Shown here: positions 36,684-45,782 of the stretch, one piece after another
Position numbering within the stretch: the first letter of the stretch is position 1
Layout: every line of letters begins with the position of its first letter
Assembly: GCA_036752825.1 (NCBI GenBank)
Contig: DAIORV010000001.1
Coordinates: 42,843 to 106,842, forward strand
Reading direction: 5' to 3'
DNA: 64,000 nt
DNA from: Chloroflexota bacterium
GTDB lineage: Bacteria > Chloroflexota > UBA5177
The notes under the pieces: model-generated
Databases searched by the model: none
Told to the model about the DNA's origin: nothing
What the model saw: the letters and a program-made list of their open reading frames with translations, nothing else
Program-made: the position numbers and the translations under genes

Positions 36684-38663
36684 CTAGCTCATCGCTACGT
36701 GGCGTCTTTCGCCCTCGAGCCGCACCAGCAGGACGGCCACATCCGAAGAGGTCACGCCGGCGATGCGCGACGCTTGACCGATGGTGCGCGGACGCACTTT
36801 CTGCAATCTCTCTTGAGTCTCCGCTCTGAGACCGCGTACTGAGTCATAGTCGAAATGTTCAGGGATGGCTCGTTCCTCCAACCGGTGCAGACGTTGAACT
36901 TCGGCCTCTTGCCTCGAGATGTAACCGTCGTACTTGACCGCCGTCTCAACCTCTCGCTCTACCTCGGGGCTCAGTGTTTCCGAGACCAGTCCGAGCTTCC
37001 GGAGGTGCTCCATCCCGATACCCGGCCTCGCCAGCAGATCACGCGCGCTCACGTTTCGCTTTGCGAGAGACACGTCCATGTCCCGCAGGCGCTGCAGGTT
37101 ATCTCGACTGAGCGAAAGATGAGCAGTGCCGAGCGAGCTGACGCTCCGAGCAATTGCTGCTCGGCGTTCTGCCAGCTCGCAGGCGCGCTCCTCATCGACT
37201 AGGCCCAGCTCCTCTGCAAGCTCACCAAGTCGTTCTTCCGCGTTGTCCTGTCGCAGCAAGAGCCTGAACTCCGCCTGTGAAGTGTGCATACGATAGGGCT
37301 CATCCATCCTCTTGGTCACAAGGTCGTCGATCAGAACGCCAATGTAGGCCTGATCGCGCCTCAATACAACCTCTGGCGAATTGCGGGCGCGCCGGGCCGC
37401 GTTGATGCCTGCGATGATTCCTAGAGCTCCCGCTTCCTCATATCCCGTGGTGCCCATGATCTGACCGGCCAGAAAGAGACTTTTGAGCGGCTTGGACTCA
37501 AGAGTCGGCGAAACCTGCGTTCCGGGAAGGTAGTCGTATTCGATTGCATAGCCGGCTCGCATGATCTCGCATCGGCGCAGCGCCGGTATGCTTCGCAACA
37601 TCTCGAGCTGGACATCTTCTGGGAGTGAGGTGTTGGCTCCTTGCACGTAGGTCTCTCGCGTATGCCATCCTTCGGGTTCCAGGAACAGGTGATGGGAAGG
37701 TTTTTCGGAGAAGCGAACGATCTTGGTTTCGATCGACGGGCAGTACCTCGGACCGACACTGGTAATGCCGCCGTTGAACATGGGAGCTCGGTCCAGATTG
37801 GAGCGAATGATCTCGTGCGTTTGTTCGTTCGTCTGCACCAAATGGCACGAGAGCTGCTCCCGCCACGTGCTTCCTGAGTTGCCGGTCTCTTCGCGCAGAC
37901 TCGCGACCGGGGATCGAGACGTCGGTGACGCCTCGCGTCCCTCCCGAAACGCCCTTCGAGCGTCAAAGCTGAAAAACAGTGGTTCGTCGCTTCCTGGTTG
38001 CTCGCGGGTCAGGCCGTAGTCAATGCTGCGCGCATCGATCCTGGGCGGTGTCCCTGTCTTCAGTCTTCCAAGTACGAAGCCGCAGCGCTCCAGACTTGCC
38101 GACAGATTGTCCGCCGGAAACTCGCCGGCGCGGCCCGCGGGGATGGTTCTATCGCCAATGCAGATACGACCCTTCAGGAACGTTCCGGTGGTCAGCACGA
38201 TCGTGCGGGCGTGATACCGAGTCCCGGCACTGGTTATGACTCCTGAGGCAGTGGCCAGCCCGTCCACAGTTTTGATGATGATGTCGTCGACGGCGGCTTG
38301 TTTCACGTCGAGGTTTGGCTGCGACTCGAGGACTTCCTTCATCGACTGCGCGTAAGCTCTCTTGTCGCTCTGCGCGCGAAGCGCCTGCACGGCTGGGCCT
38401 TTACTCGTGTTCAGCATCCGGATTTGAATGCTTGTACGGTCCGTGTTTCGCCCCATCTCGCCGCCAAGCGCGTCGATCTCGCGTACCAGGTGTGCCTTCC
38501 CCGGCCCCCCGACCGAGGGGTTACAAGGCATCAGGGCGGTCGTGTCTAGATTGAGGGTGAAGGCTGCAGTTCGGCAGCCCATCCGAGCAGCAGCCAACGC
38601 GGCCTCACAACCGGCATGTCCGGTTCCAATCACGATCACGTCGTATTCGGGAGACGTCTGCAT
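36684..38663 (-). CDS. mnmG: tRNA uridine-5-carboxymethylaminomethyl synthesis enzyme MnmG (GidA)
   Basis: FAD motif 'YDVIVIGTGHAGCEAALAAARMG', 'GPRYCPSIE', and 'TTGYEEAGALGIIAGINA'. Start at ATG 38663 ('MQTSPEYDVIVIG'); the ORF-track start 38861 is an upstream extension. Confidence 0.9.
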   Translation of the reverse strand: MQTSPEYDVIVIGTGHAGCEAALAAARMGCRTAAFTLNLDTTALMPCNPSVGGPGKAHLVREIDALGGEMGRNTDRTSIQIRMLNTSKGPAVQALRAQSDKRAYAQSMKEVLESQPNLDVKQAAVDDIIIKTVDGLATASGVITSAGTRYHARTIVLTTGTFLKGRICIGDRTIPAGRAGEFPADNLSASLERCGFVLGRLKTGTPPRIDARSIDYGLTREQPGSDEPLFFSFDARRAFREGREASPTSRSPVASLREETGNSGSTWREQLSCHLVQTNEQTHEIIRSNLDRAPMFNGGITSVGPRYCPSIETKIVRFSEKPSHHLFLEPEGWHTRETYVQGANTSLPEDVQLEMLRSIPALRRCEIMRAGYAIEYDYLPGTQVSPTLESKPLKSLFLAGQIMGTTGYEEAGALGIIAGINAARRARNSPEVVLRRDQAYIGVLIDDLVTKRMDEPYRMHTSQAEFRLLLRQDNAEERLGELAEELGLVDEERACELAERRAAIARSVSSLGTAHLSLSRDNLQRLRDMDVSLAKRNVSARDLLARPGIGMEHLRKLGLVSETLSPEVEREVETAVKYDGYISRQEAEVQRLHRLEERAIPEHFDYDSVRGLRAETQERLQKVRPRTIGQASRIAGVTSSDVAVLLVRLEGERRHVAMS

Positions 38664-38729
38664 GACTTCCTGACTGCTAAAGTTGACCGATTCTATCAAT
38701 GGGCTCACCCGTTTCGGCCTGGGGTATGC

Positions 38730-40085
38730 GTGTTCCTCGTCCCGCGTGGCCACCGGAGAATTCTTAAGATTCCGTTCCGACGCGGCACAGGACTCGCCTT
38801 TCTGCTCGTGTCGGGCTTGCTGCCGGTTCACGCCTCGCACGCGGCGCCTTCCGTGCAGCATTTTTGGCTTGCCAGTCCCAATGGCCCTCGACGGGCTGCG
38901 TGCGTGAGCGAGAGCAAGTCCCCCCGAGTGGAGCTCTATGCCTGCGGTACCGCGGCCGTGCCTCCTGATCAGGCGAAATCACTCGTCTCCGATCTCGAGC
39001 ATCGCATCATTCCCACCGATCTCCGAGAATTCGGCCACCCACGTAATTTCCGGAAGGTCGTTGTCCTGCTCAGCCCGCTCGATTCCATGACGCTCGGATA
39101 CTTCGACGAAAACGATATCCTTCCGTCCGATCCGGCGCACTCCAACCATGCAAACGTCATCTATGTACGCCCGCCGTACCTAATGCCGGATGTCTCTGAG
39201 ATGGCTGATGTCGAGGAAGCGGCGGCGCATGAGCTGCAGCATTTGATCAACTTTCGCATTCGCGTGTTGGACAGGCATCTTCCCCCTCAGGAGTCGTGGC
39301 TTAATGAAGGTCTTGCTTTCTATGCGCAGATGGCCAATGGCTTCTGGACACAGAGGGATGTCCTGAAGGTCAAGGCCGCTGCATCCGATCCGGGCTGGTC
39401 CATAAACAGTCTTGTCGAGGGCGATCGCTTCCTAGTTCGGCACGCCCGTGTCGCATACGGCCGCGCCGGACTTTTTGTTTGCGACCTGGTCCGCCGCTAT
39501 GGCTCCTCCATCGCGCGAGCGGTCATCCGATCTCCGGGTTCCGGGCTCGAGGAGATCGATCGCGCCCTCCGGGCTCGCCGGCCTTCGGCCAGCGTGCGCT
39601 CGGCGTTCGCCCAGTGGGGAGCGGATTTGGTTACTTCCGGGGCCACGCCACAACGATGGGTCGGACGCCTCGGCCTGCAACACATCCAACAGGCGTCTCT
39701 GGTCTCTGCCGTGACGATTCGTTCTGACGCGCCTCCCTGGTCCTCGCCGTCCCTTCGAGTACGTCCATGGTCTCAATCCTTCGTGACACTTAGATCGAGC
39801 GGCTCGGGCGCCCTTCGCGTCACACTGAAAACAAAAAGCTCCTCACTCTTCGTGGCTCTTGTCGCTACTTCAAGCGAGGATCTGGCGCGGCCGCGAATCG
39901 CATGGTTTAGACCCAATGTCAAGGGAATTGCCGGCGCTCAGATCGGCAACTTCGGCGAGACGTACGATAGCGCTACCCTGGCAGCTTCCAATGCCCCAGC
40001 TCTTGGATCGAATCAAGTACCAGCACTTTTTATGGCGAGCGCCTCGGTTACTCCAAGCGGCGAGAGGCAGCCTACCGGCCACTGA
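38730..40085 (+). CDS. Secreted gluzincin (MA-clan, M1/M61-like) zinc metallopeptidase with a twin-arginine-like signal
   Basis: 'HELQHLINF...x18...WLNEGLAFYA' matches the spacing of HExxH...WLNEGFA in M1-type gluzincins, and no GAMEN-like motif is seen. GTG 38730 gives an N-terminus '..HRRILKIPFRRGTGLAFLLVSGLLPVHASHA|AP' (RRxxLK, an h-region, and an AxA cleavage site). Ser/Ala-rich C-terminal tail. Confidence 0.6.
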   Translation: MFLVPRGHRRILKIPFRRGTGLAFLLVSGLLPVHASHAAPSVQHFWLASPNGPRRAACVSESKSPRVELYACGTAAVPPDQAKSLVSDLEHRIIPTDLREFGHPRNFRKVVVLLSPLDSMTLGYFDENDILPSDPAHSNHANVIYVRPPYLMPDVSEMADVEEAAAHELQHLINFRIRVLDRHLPPQESWLNEGLAFYAQMANGFWTQRDVLKVKAAASDPGWSINSLVEGDRFLVRHARVAYGRAGLFVCDLVRRYGSSIARAVIRSPGSGLEEIDRALRARRPSASVRSAFAQWGADLVTSGATPQRWVGRLGLQHIQQASLVSAVTIRSDAPPWSSPSLRVRPWSQSFVTLRSSGSGALRVTLKTKSSSLFVALVATSSEDLARPRIAWFRPNVKGIAGAQIGNFGETYDSATLAASNAPALGSNQVPALFMASASVTPSGERQPTGH

Positions 40086-40965
40086 GACGTTCTTTCGCAG
40101 GGCGCGCTTCCAGATCAAGCGCGTAGACAATCATCTCGGCGGCATCTGGATTGCGGAATCCGAGAGATTCGAGAATATCGGCAACGTCCGGCTCAAGTCT
40201 GAGGACTGCCGAAACGCGGGTCATGTGCGCGCTCGCTGCTCTCGCCAATAGCGTCTTCACCAGCCCGACTACATCCTCTTTATGTCCCGAGAGGTAGCCG
40301 AAGCGCAGCACCGGCCGTACTGGACGGCTGGTTGCAATAGCCATTCCCTTTGACGGACCAGCCTTCGACATGAGAACCGAGTGATCCGCGAGCAGGAGCG
40401 CGAGCCTGCGACGATCCAGCGTGTAAGCCGTCCAGCCTTCGCTGTAGAGGGCTGGCACCCCGCGGTGACCCGACACGACATCCCACACGTCGTCGATGTC
40501 CGCGGGTAGGGCAAGGGTGTAGCCGTCTGAAGCCGTGACGGAGGCCGGCTCGACAGCCAACGAACGCATTCGCTCCACCTCCAGAAAGCCCGCATTTTCG
40601 GCAAGTCGATTGCTGGAGGGATTTGCCCCGTAAGTCGAAAGCCTCATGCGTCGACTGCCGGCCTGGCGCGCCCAGGATATTCCCTCGGTAAGCAGCGCAC
40701 TGCCAATTCCCCTGCTCTGCAGATCTTCGCGTACTCGTATGCCCTCAGCCCACGCGGTCCCGTCGGACTGAATCTCAACGTGCATCAATCCGCACACAAT
40801 GCCAGCGCGTATGGCCACGGTCAGGTGTCCGCTTCCGTCCGCCAGCCACTTGTCCCACACGAAGGGAACGTAGTCGCTGCCCTCCCATACATTTCGGGTG
40901 ATTTCCAGCATGGCGCTTGTGTCTGCGGGCGCCGCTTGCCGGACGACTATGCGCTCCGATGCCAT
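40072..40965 (-). CDS. GNAT-family N-acetyltransferase fused to a C-terminal domain of unknown function
   Basis: Acetyl-CoA motif 'VREDLQSRGIGSALL' in the N-terminal half; no assignable motif in the C-terminal ~150 aa. Start is probably ATG 40965 ('MASERIVVRQ'). Confidence 0.6.
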   Translation of the reverse strand: MASERIVVRQAAPADTSAMLEITRNVWEGSDYVPFVWDKWLADGSGHLTVAIRAGIVCGLMHVEIQSDGTAWAEGIRVREDLQSRGIGSALLTEGISWARQAGSRRMRLSTYGANPSSNRLAENAGFLEVERMRSLAVEPASVTASDGYTLALPADIDDVWDVVSGHRGVPALYSEGWTAYTLDRRRLALLLADHSVLMSKAGPSKGMAIATSRPVRPVLRFGYLSGHKEDVVGLVKTLLARAASAHMTRVSAVLRLEPDVADILESLGFRNPDAAEMIVYALDLEARPAKERLSGR

Positions 40966-41106
40966 CTCACAGAGTACCGTCCCCGCATTGCCGGACAGGT
41001 GTCCGCGCCCGTACAATGCCTGCAGCAGAGAACGCTCTGCGCGAAGGAGCGGCGCGTCGGATTGAGAGACCGGTTCCACGAAAAGCAGCTAGCAGCACAA
41101 AAACAC

Positions 41107-41133
41107 GGAGGCCTCTGGGCCTCCTTTTTTCTT
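41107..41133 (+). terminator. Terminator-like hairpin and U-tract in the pyrB leader (candidate attenuator)
   Basis: GGAGGCC-tctg-GGCCTCC at 41107-41124, then TTTTTTCTT at 41125-41133, ending 2 nt before the GAGGAG RBS of pyrB. The reverse strand also carries a T-run after the stem, so the structure is bidirectional. Confidence 0.45.
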
Positions 41134-41147
41134 GTGAGGAGCGACGG

Positions 41148-42125
41148 TTGAGATTGCATCACGTTGTAGAGGCGCAGGACTTCAATCGAGGGATGCTGGA
41201 AGAGCTCTTCTCGACCGCTCGCGTCATGGAAAAGGTCGTGGAAGACGGGGGTAGCAAACTTCTCGATGGGTGCATCATGGCCTCTCTGTTCTACGAGGAA
41301 AGCACCCGAACCCGTTTCTCTTTCGAGACAGCCATGCTTCGCCTGGGTGGCAGCGTCATATCGACGGAGAACGCGCGACAATTCTCGTCGGTGTCCAAAG
41401 GGGAGACCCTGGAAGACACCATACGGATCATGAACGGATATGCCGATGTCATCGTCATGCGCCATTACGAGAGTGGTGCAGCTCGACGAGCCGCTGACAT
41501 TTCGAGAGTTCCAATCGTAAATGCGGGCGATGGCACTGGTCAGCATCCCACGCAGGCCTTTCTCGATCTCTACACCATCGAGAAAGAGCTCGGCGGCATC
41601 GACAACCTCACTATCGCGGTTGTCGGGGACCTGGCAAACGGTCGTACGGTGCGTTCACTTTGTTACTTGCTGGCCAAGTACCGCAATGTTCGGGTCTACA
41701 TGGTGGCTCCGGAGGTGGTACGCATGCGCGAAGACATAAAGGATTACCTCTCGCGGCACGACGTTAGGTGGACCGAGGAATCCGACCTGCGGGAAGTCGT
41801 TGGAGAGGTCGATGTTCTCTACCAAACCAGAATTCAGAAAGAACGATTTGGCGACCGCTCCGAGGACTACCTGTCCGCTCGAGGAGTGTACGTGGTCGAT
41901 CGGGAGCTGCTGAAGACACTCCGCAAGAACGCTATCGTGATGCACCCGCTTCCCAGAGTGGATGAGATAACGGTTGATGTCGATGGGGACCCGCGAGCCG
42001 CATACTTCCGTCAAGCCCAAAACGGAGTGTTCATTCGCATGGCGCTGCTTGCCGGATGCCTTGGTCGCGACCTCGTGCCTGCCACCGTGTCCTCTTCCAC
42101 CCCCATCAACGGACACACTTCATGA
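41148..42125 (+). CDS. pyrB: Aspartate carbamoyltransferase catalytic subunit
   Basis: 'STRTR', 'HPTQAFLD', 'HPLPRVDEI'. TTG 41148 (or 41154) follows GAGGAG. The ORF-track start 40917 extends into the divergent region. No pyrI or pyrC is adjacent. Confidence 0.8.
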   Translation: MRLHHVVEAQDFNRGMLEELFSTARVMEKVVEDGGSKLLDGCIMASLFYEESTRTRFSFETAMLRLGGSVISTENARQFSSVSKGETLEDTIRIMNGYADVIVMRHYESGAARRAADISRVPIVNAGDGTGQHPTQAFLDLYTIEKELGGIDNLTIAVVGDLANGRTVRSLCYLLAKYRNVRVYMVAPEVVRMREDIKDYLSRHDVRWTEESDLREVVGEVDVLYQTRIQKERFGDRSEDYLSARGVYVVDRELLKTLRKNAIVMHPLPRVDEITVDVDGDPRAAYFRQAQNGVFIRMALLAGCLGRDLVPATVSSSTPINGHTS

Positions 42126-42187
42126 CATCGCACTCTGGCTGCAATTACGATTAGTCCTCACGTGCTGAGCTAGAAAGGCGACCCGAC

Positions 42188-44470
42188 GTGAACGTCGACC
42201 AGGTCGTCGAGCGTTTCCTCACCGACCCTCAGATAGCCGTAAATGTCGCCGCCTACCGCGAGCTTCCCGCATGCGATGCGCACTTCGAGGATTTTCCGGC
42301 CCAAATAGACGGGAGGATCGTGGAGGCTTTTCGTAGGGGAGGCATTTCCCGTCTCTATTCCCATCAACTAGAGGCAATCGACGCCGTGCTCGCCGGGAAG
42401 AACGTGGCGGTGGTGACTCCAACCGCGTCGGGAAAGACGCTCTGCTACAACGTCCCGGTACTCAACTCGATAGTCGCCGACAGTTCTGCCAGGGCGCTGT
42501 ATCTTTTCCCGACCAAGGCTCTCTCTCAGGATCAAGTGAGCGAGCTGCACGACGTTGTTACGGCGCTTGGCGTGGACATCAAAACATTCACGTACGACGG
42601 GGACACGCCGCAAACTGCCCGCAAAGCCATCCGCTCGGCGGGCCACATCGTGGTCACCAATCCTGACATGCTTCACACGGGCATCCTGCCGCACCACACG
42701 CGTTGGATCCGCCTTTTCGAAAACTTACGCTTCGTCGTTGTGGACGAGCTTCATGTCTATCGCGGAGTGTTTGGAAGTCACGTCACAAATGTACTTCGAC
42801 GGCTCAAGCGAATCTGCAAGTATTACGGCTCGGATCCGCAGTTCATCTGCTGCTCGGCCACGATCGCCAACCCACGGGAGCTTGCAGAACGGATCATTGA
42901 ACGGCCGATTGAGCTCGTCGACAGTAATGGAGCCCCGCGGGGCAAGAAACACGTGCTCATCTACAATCCGCCGGTCGTGAACCGCGAGCTGGGACTTCGT
43001 GGAAGCTCTCGGTTTGCAGCCCGAGACCTCGCCGCCGAACTCGTAACAAATGGCATCCAGACCTTGGTTTTCACGCGCAGCCGGACTGGCGTAGAGATCC
43101 TGCTCGGCTATCTACGCGAACGTCTCGGCCATCGCGAACGCGACACGATTCGTGGCTACCGGAGTGGGTATCTTCCGCTGCAGCGCCGTGAGATTGAGCG
43201 GGGCCTGAGGGACGGATCGGTGCGTGGCGTCGTGGCCACGAACGCCCTCGAGCTTGGTATCGATATCGGTGCCCTCGATGCCTGTGTAATCACGGGCTTC
43301 CCGGGCACGATTGCCAGCACCTGGCAGCAGATGGGCCGCGCCGGCAGGCGTAACGATTCTTCGGTCGCCATTCTCGTTGCCAGCAGCAACGCTCTGGATC
43401 AATTTCTTGCCACTCATCCTGACTACTTCTTTGATCGGTCCCCCGAATCGGGCCTGGTCGACCCCAACAACCTGATCATCCTGGTCAATCACATCAAGTG
43501 CGCCGCTTTCGAGCTTCCATTTAAGGATGGCGAGCAGTTTGGACCGGAGGGAACTGCTGAGATTCTGCGATTCCTCGAGCAGAACGAAGTAGTTCATCAC
43601 GCGGACGGAGTATGGCATTGGATGTCGGACTCTTTCCCGGCGCAGGAGATCAGTCTTCGTACGGCAGCGGCCGACAACGTGGTGATCGTCGATCAGGGGC
43701 CGCCCGCTCGGGTGGTCGGTGAAATTGATAGGGTCTCCGCTCCCAGCATGGTTCACGAGGAAGCGATCTACATCCATGAGGGACAGCAGTACCAGGTGGA
43801 GCGGCTAGACGTAGAGGAGAAAAAGGCGTTTGTTCGACTCGTCGATGTCGATTACTACACCGACGCCGAGCTGGCCGTGAAGGTAAACGTCCTCGAGGTC
43901 TTCGACGACGCTGACGGCCGAACTCACGGCGAAGTGTCGGTCACGTATCTGCCGACTATCTTCAAGAAGATCAAACTTGGTACGCATGAAAACGTGGGGT
44001 GGGGACAGATTCACCTCGCTGAGGACACGTTCCACACCACCGCCTACTGGTTGCGTTTGCCGGTCCATGTCGCCGAGACCATGCCTCGCATCGAGCTGGA
44101 ATGTGGGCTGCTCGGCATGGCAACGGTGCTCGGTCAAGTGGCCCCACTATTCCTCATGTGCGATCCGTCCGACATTGCAGTCTGGCCCGAGATCAAGTCG
44201 ACATTCACCAATGCGCCGACCGTGTATCTTTACGATCGGGTGCCTGGCGGCATCGGATTTAGCAAGCGACTGTTTCACATGCACGGGCAGCTTCTTGGCA
44301 ACGCCGCTCACATGATATCCCGATGCCCCTGCGAGTACGGATGCCCTTCGTGCGTAGGGCCGCAACATAGTCGGGAGCCCAACTCCAAAATGGCGACTCT
44401 GAGACTCATTGGAGTCATGCTCGATGAGGCACGGGTTCCGGTCCTGCAAGAGAAACCGAGGATGGCATGA
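42188..44470 (+). CDS. mrfA: DEAD/DEAH-box helicase with a C-terminal DUF1998 zinc-binding domain (B. subtilis MrfA/YprA-like)
   Basis: Walker A 'VTPTASGKTLCYN', DExH 'VVVDELHVYRG', helicase C motifs, and a terminal Cys cluster 'CPCEYGCPSCVGP' (DUF1998). Confidence 0.75.
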   Translation: MNVDQVVERFLTDPQIAVNVAAYRELPACDAHFEDFPAQIDGRIVEAFRRGGISRLYSHQLEAIDAVLAGKNVAVVTPTASGKTLCYNVPVLNSIVADSSARALYLFPTKALSQDQVSELHDVVTALGVDIKTFTYDGDTPQTARKAIRSAGHIVVTNPDMLHTGILPHHTRWIRLFENLRFVVVDELHVYRGVFGSHVTNVLRRLKRICKYYGSDPQFICCSATIANPRELAERIIERPIELVDSNGAPRGKKHVLIYNPPVVNRELGLRGSSRFAARDLAAELVTNGIQTLVFTRSRTGVEILLGYLRERLGHRERDTIRGYRSGYLPLQRREIERGLRDGSVRGVVATNALELGIDIGALDACVITGFPGTIASTWQQMGRAGRRNDSSVAILVASSNALDQFLATHPDYFFDRSPESGLVDPNNLIILVNHIKCAAFELPFKDGEQFGPEGTAEILRFLEQNEVVHHADGVWHWMSDSFPAQEISLRTAAADNVVIVDQGPPARVVGEIDRVSAPSMVHEEAIYIHEGQQYQVERLDVEEKKAFVRLVDVDYYTDAELAVKVNVLEVFDDADGRTHGEVSVTYLPTIFKKIKLGTHENVGWGQIHLAEDTFHTTAYWLRLPVHVAETMPRIELECGLLGMATVLGQVAPLFLMCDPSDIAVWPEIKSTFTNAPTVYLYDRVPGGIGFSKRLFHMHGQLLGNAAHMISRCPCEYGCPSCVGPQHSREPNSKMATLRLIGVMLDEARVPVLQEKPRMA

Positions 44471-45735
44471 GCCTCGAGGAAAGGCTTCAAAGCGTACGGA
44501 AGCACATGGCGCTCGCGCAAGCCGCAACGGTTGCTCCCCCGAGGCGATCGCCTATCCCTCACGACTGGACGGGCCGCCTGGCCGGCAATGTCGAGTTCTT
44601 GGGCGCGGCGGGCTCTTTCTCGGTCACCTCGTCGTACGAGTCCGGCCACACTCACGGGCAACAGCGATTTTCGGACCTCACGACCGTCACCGGCAACGCG
44701 TTCTCGGTCGTATGTAGGGACCCGGAGCTCTCGTACGCCAACCTTCAAGGTGCTGTGTTTCTCGATACGGAGACAACCGGGCTCGGAATGGGAACCGGGA
44801 CCTACGTCTTTCTCGTCGGAGCGGGCTATATGGAGGGGGACCGTTTCATCGTCAAGCAGTTCTTTCTGGACGCTCCAGGTGATGAGCGTGTGCTTCTCGA
44901 AGCGCTTGGCAGTTTCCTCTCCAGGTTCCCGGTCCTCATTACTTTCAACGGCAAGGCCTTCGATTGGCCGCTGCTGGAAAGCAGATTTAGGTTGCATCGG
45001 CGGTCCGTTCCATTCGACGATCCGCCCCACGTCGATCTCCTCCATCCAGCTCGCCGCCTCTGGAAAAGGCGCCTGGACAGTTGCGCGCTGTCGTCGCTCG
45101 AAACTCAGATTCTTGGGGTCCGTCGAACAATCGAGGACGTGCCGGGGTGGGAGATACCATTCCGGTACTTCGGGTATCAAAGGTCTGGAGATGGGTCTCA
45201 GCTCGAGGGCGTCTTTTACCACAATCTGGTCGACATACTGTCCCTCGCGTCGCTTGCCCTGCACATCGATCGCGTCGTCGCTGATCCCAACTGCGGACTG
45301 GTCGAGCACGCGACCGACTTCTTCTGCATAGGCAAGGTCTACGAGGTCAGTGGAGACGGCGACATGGCCGTCTATTGTTATGAGCGAGCTCTCAGGCTCG
45401 GTGTGCCTGATGAGCTGCGACCGGATTGCTTCCTGCGGCTGGGAACCCTGCACAAACGCCAGAGGCGATGGGACGCCGCGATTCAGGCGTGGGAGTCGCT
45501 GCTGGACGAGGGAGGTCGGGCGGGGCTGGTGGCTCGCGTAGAGCTTGCGAAGTTTTACGAGCACGTCGAACGCGATTACGTGACGGCTATCGATCATGTT
45601 CAGCACGCGCTGGTGCTCGCAGAGCTCTTCGATAGCCCATGGCCTGATGCCAATCTACGGGACCTGGAGCACCGATTGAGCAGACTGTTCAACCGCTCGA
45701 TTCGCGCTCGAGACTGGGCGGGGACATATGGTTGA
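44467..45735 (+). CDS. mrfB: DEDD/RNase-T-like exonuclease with a C-terminal TPR domain (MrfB/YprB-like)
   Basis: ATGA overlap with mrfA. Exo motif I 'FLDTETTGLG' and motif II 'ITFNGKAFDWPLL'. Helical TPR-like tail. Confidence 0.65.
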   Translation: MSLEERLQSVRKHMALAQAATVAPPRRSPIPHDWTGRLAGNVEFLGAAGSFSVTSSYESGHTHGQQRFSDLTTVTGNAFSVVCRDPELSYANLQGAVFLDTETTGLGMGTGTYVFLVGAGYMEGDRFIVKQFFLDAPGDERVLLEALGSFLSRFPVLITFNGKAFDWPLLESRFRLHRRSVPFDDPPHVDLLHPARRLWKRRLDSCALSSLETQILGVRRTIEDVPGWEIPFRYFGYQRSGDGSQLEGVFYHNLVDILSLASLALHIDRVVADPNCGLVEHATDFFCIGKVYEVSGDGDMAVYCYERALRLGVPDELRPDCFLRLGTLHKRQRRWDAAIQAWESLLDEGGRAGLVARVELAKFYEHVERDYVTAIDHVQHALVLAELFDSPWPDANLRDLEHRLSRLFNRSIRARDWAGTYG

Positions 45736-45782
45736 GCACGCCTGCCGCGAACGCGGCGAACTCTGAGGCCGGGAGGATTGGC

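Noticed and set aside
36684-38861. mnmG ORF-track start at 38861, and the peptidase ORF start at 38616
   Set aside because: These would create a ~250-nt head-to-head overlap. The FAD motif begins right after ATG 38663, and GTG 38730 gives a plausible signal peptide, leaving a normal 66-nt divergent region.
40780-41151. ORFs 40780..41151 and 40917..41147 read as 5' extensions of pyrB
   Set aside because: PyrB homology begins at 'LRLHHVVEAQDF'. A GAGGAG RBS precedes TTG 41148, and the extension would run through a terminator hairpin.
44308-45606. 432-aa ORF antisense to mrfB
   Set aside because: It lies entirely within, and opposite to, a gene with clear exonuclease motifs. It has an Arg/Pro/Gly-rich composition typical of GC-driven antisense frames and no RBS or recognisable domain.
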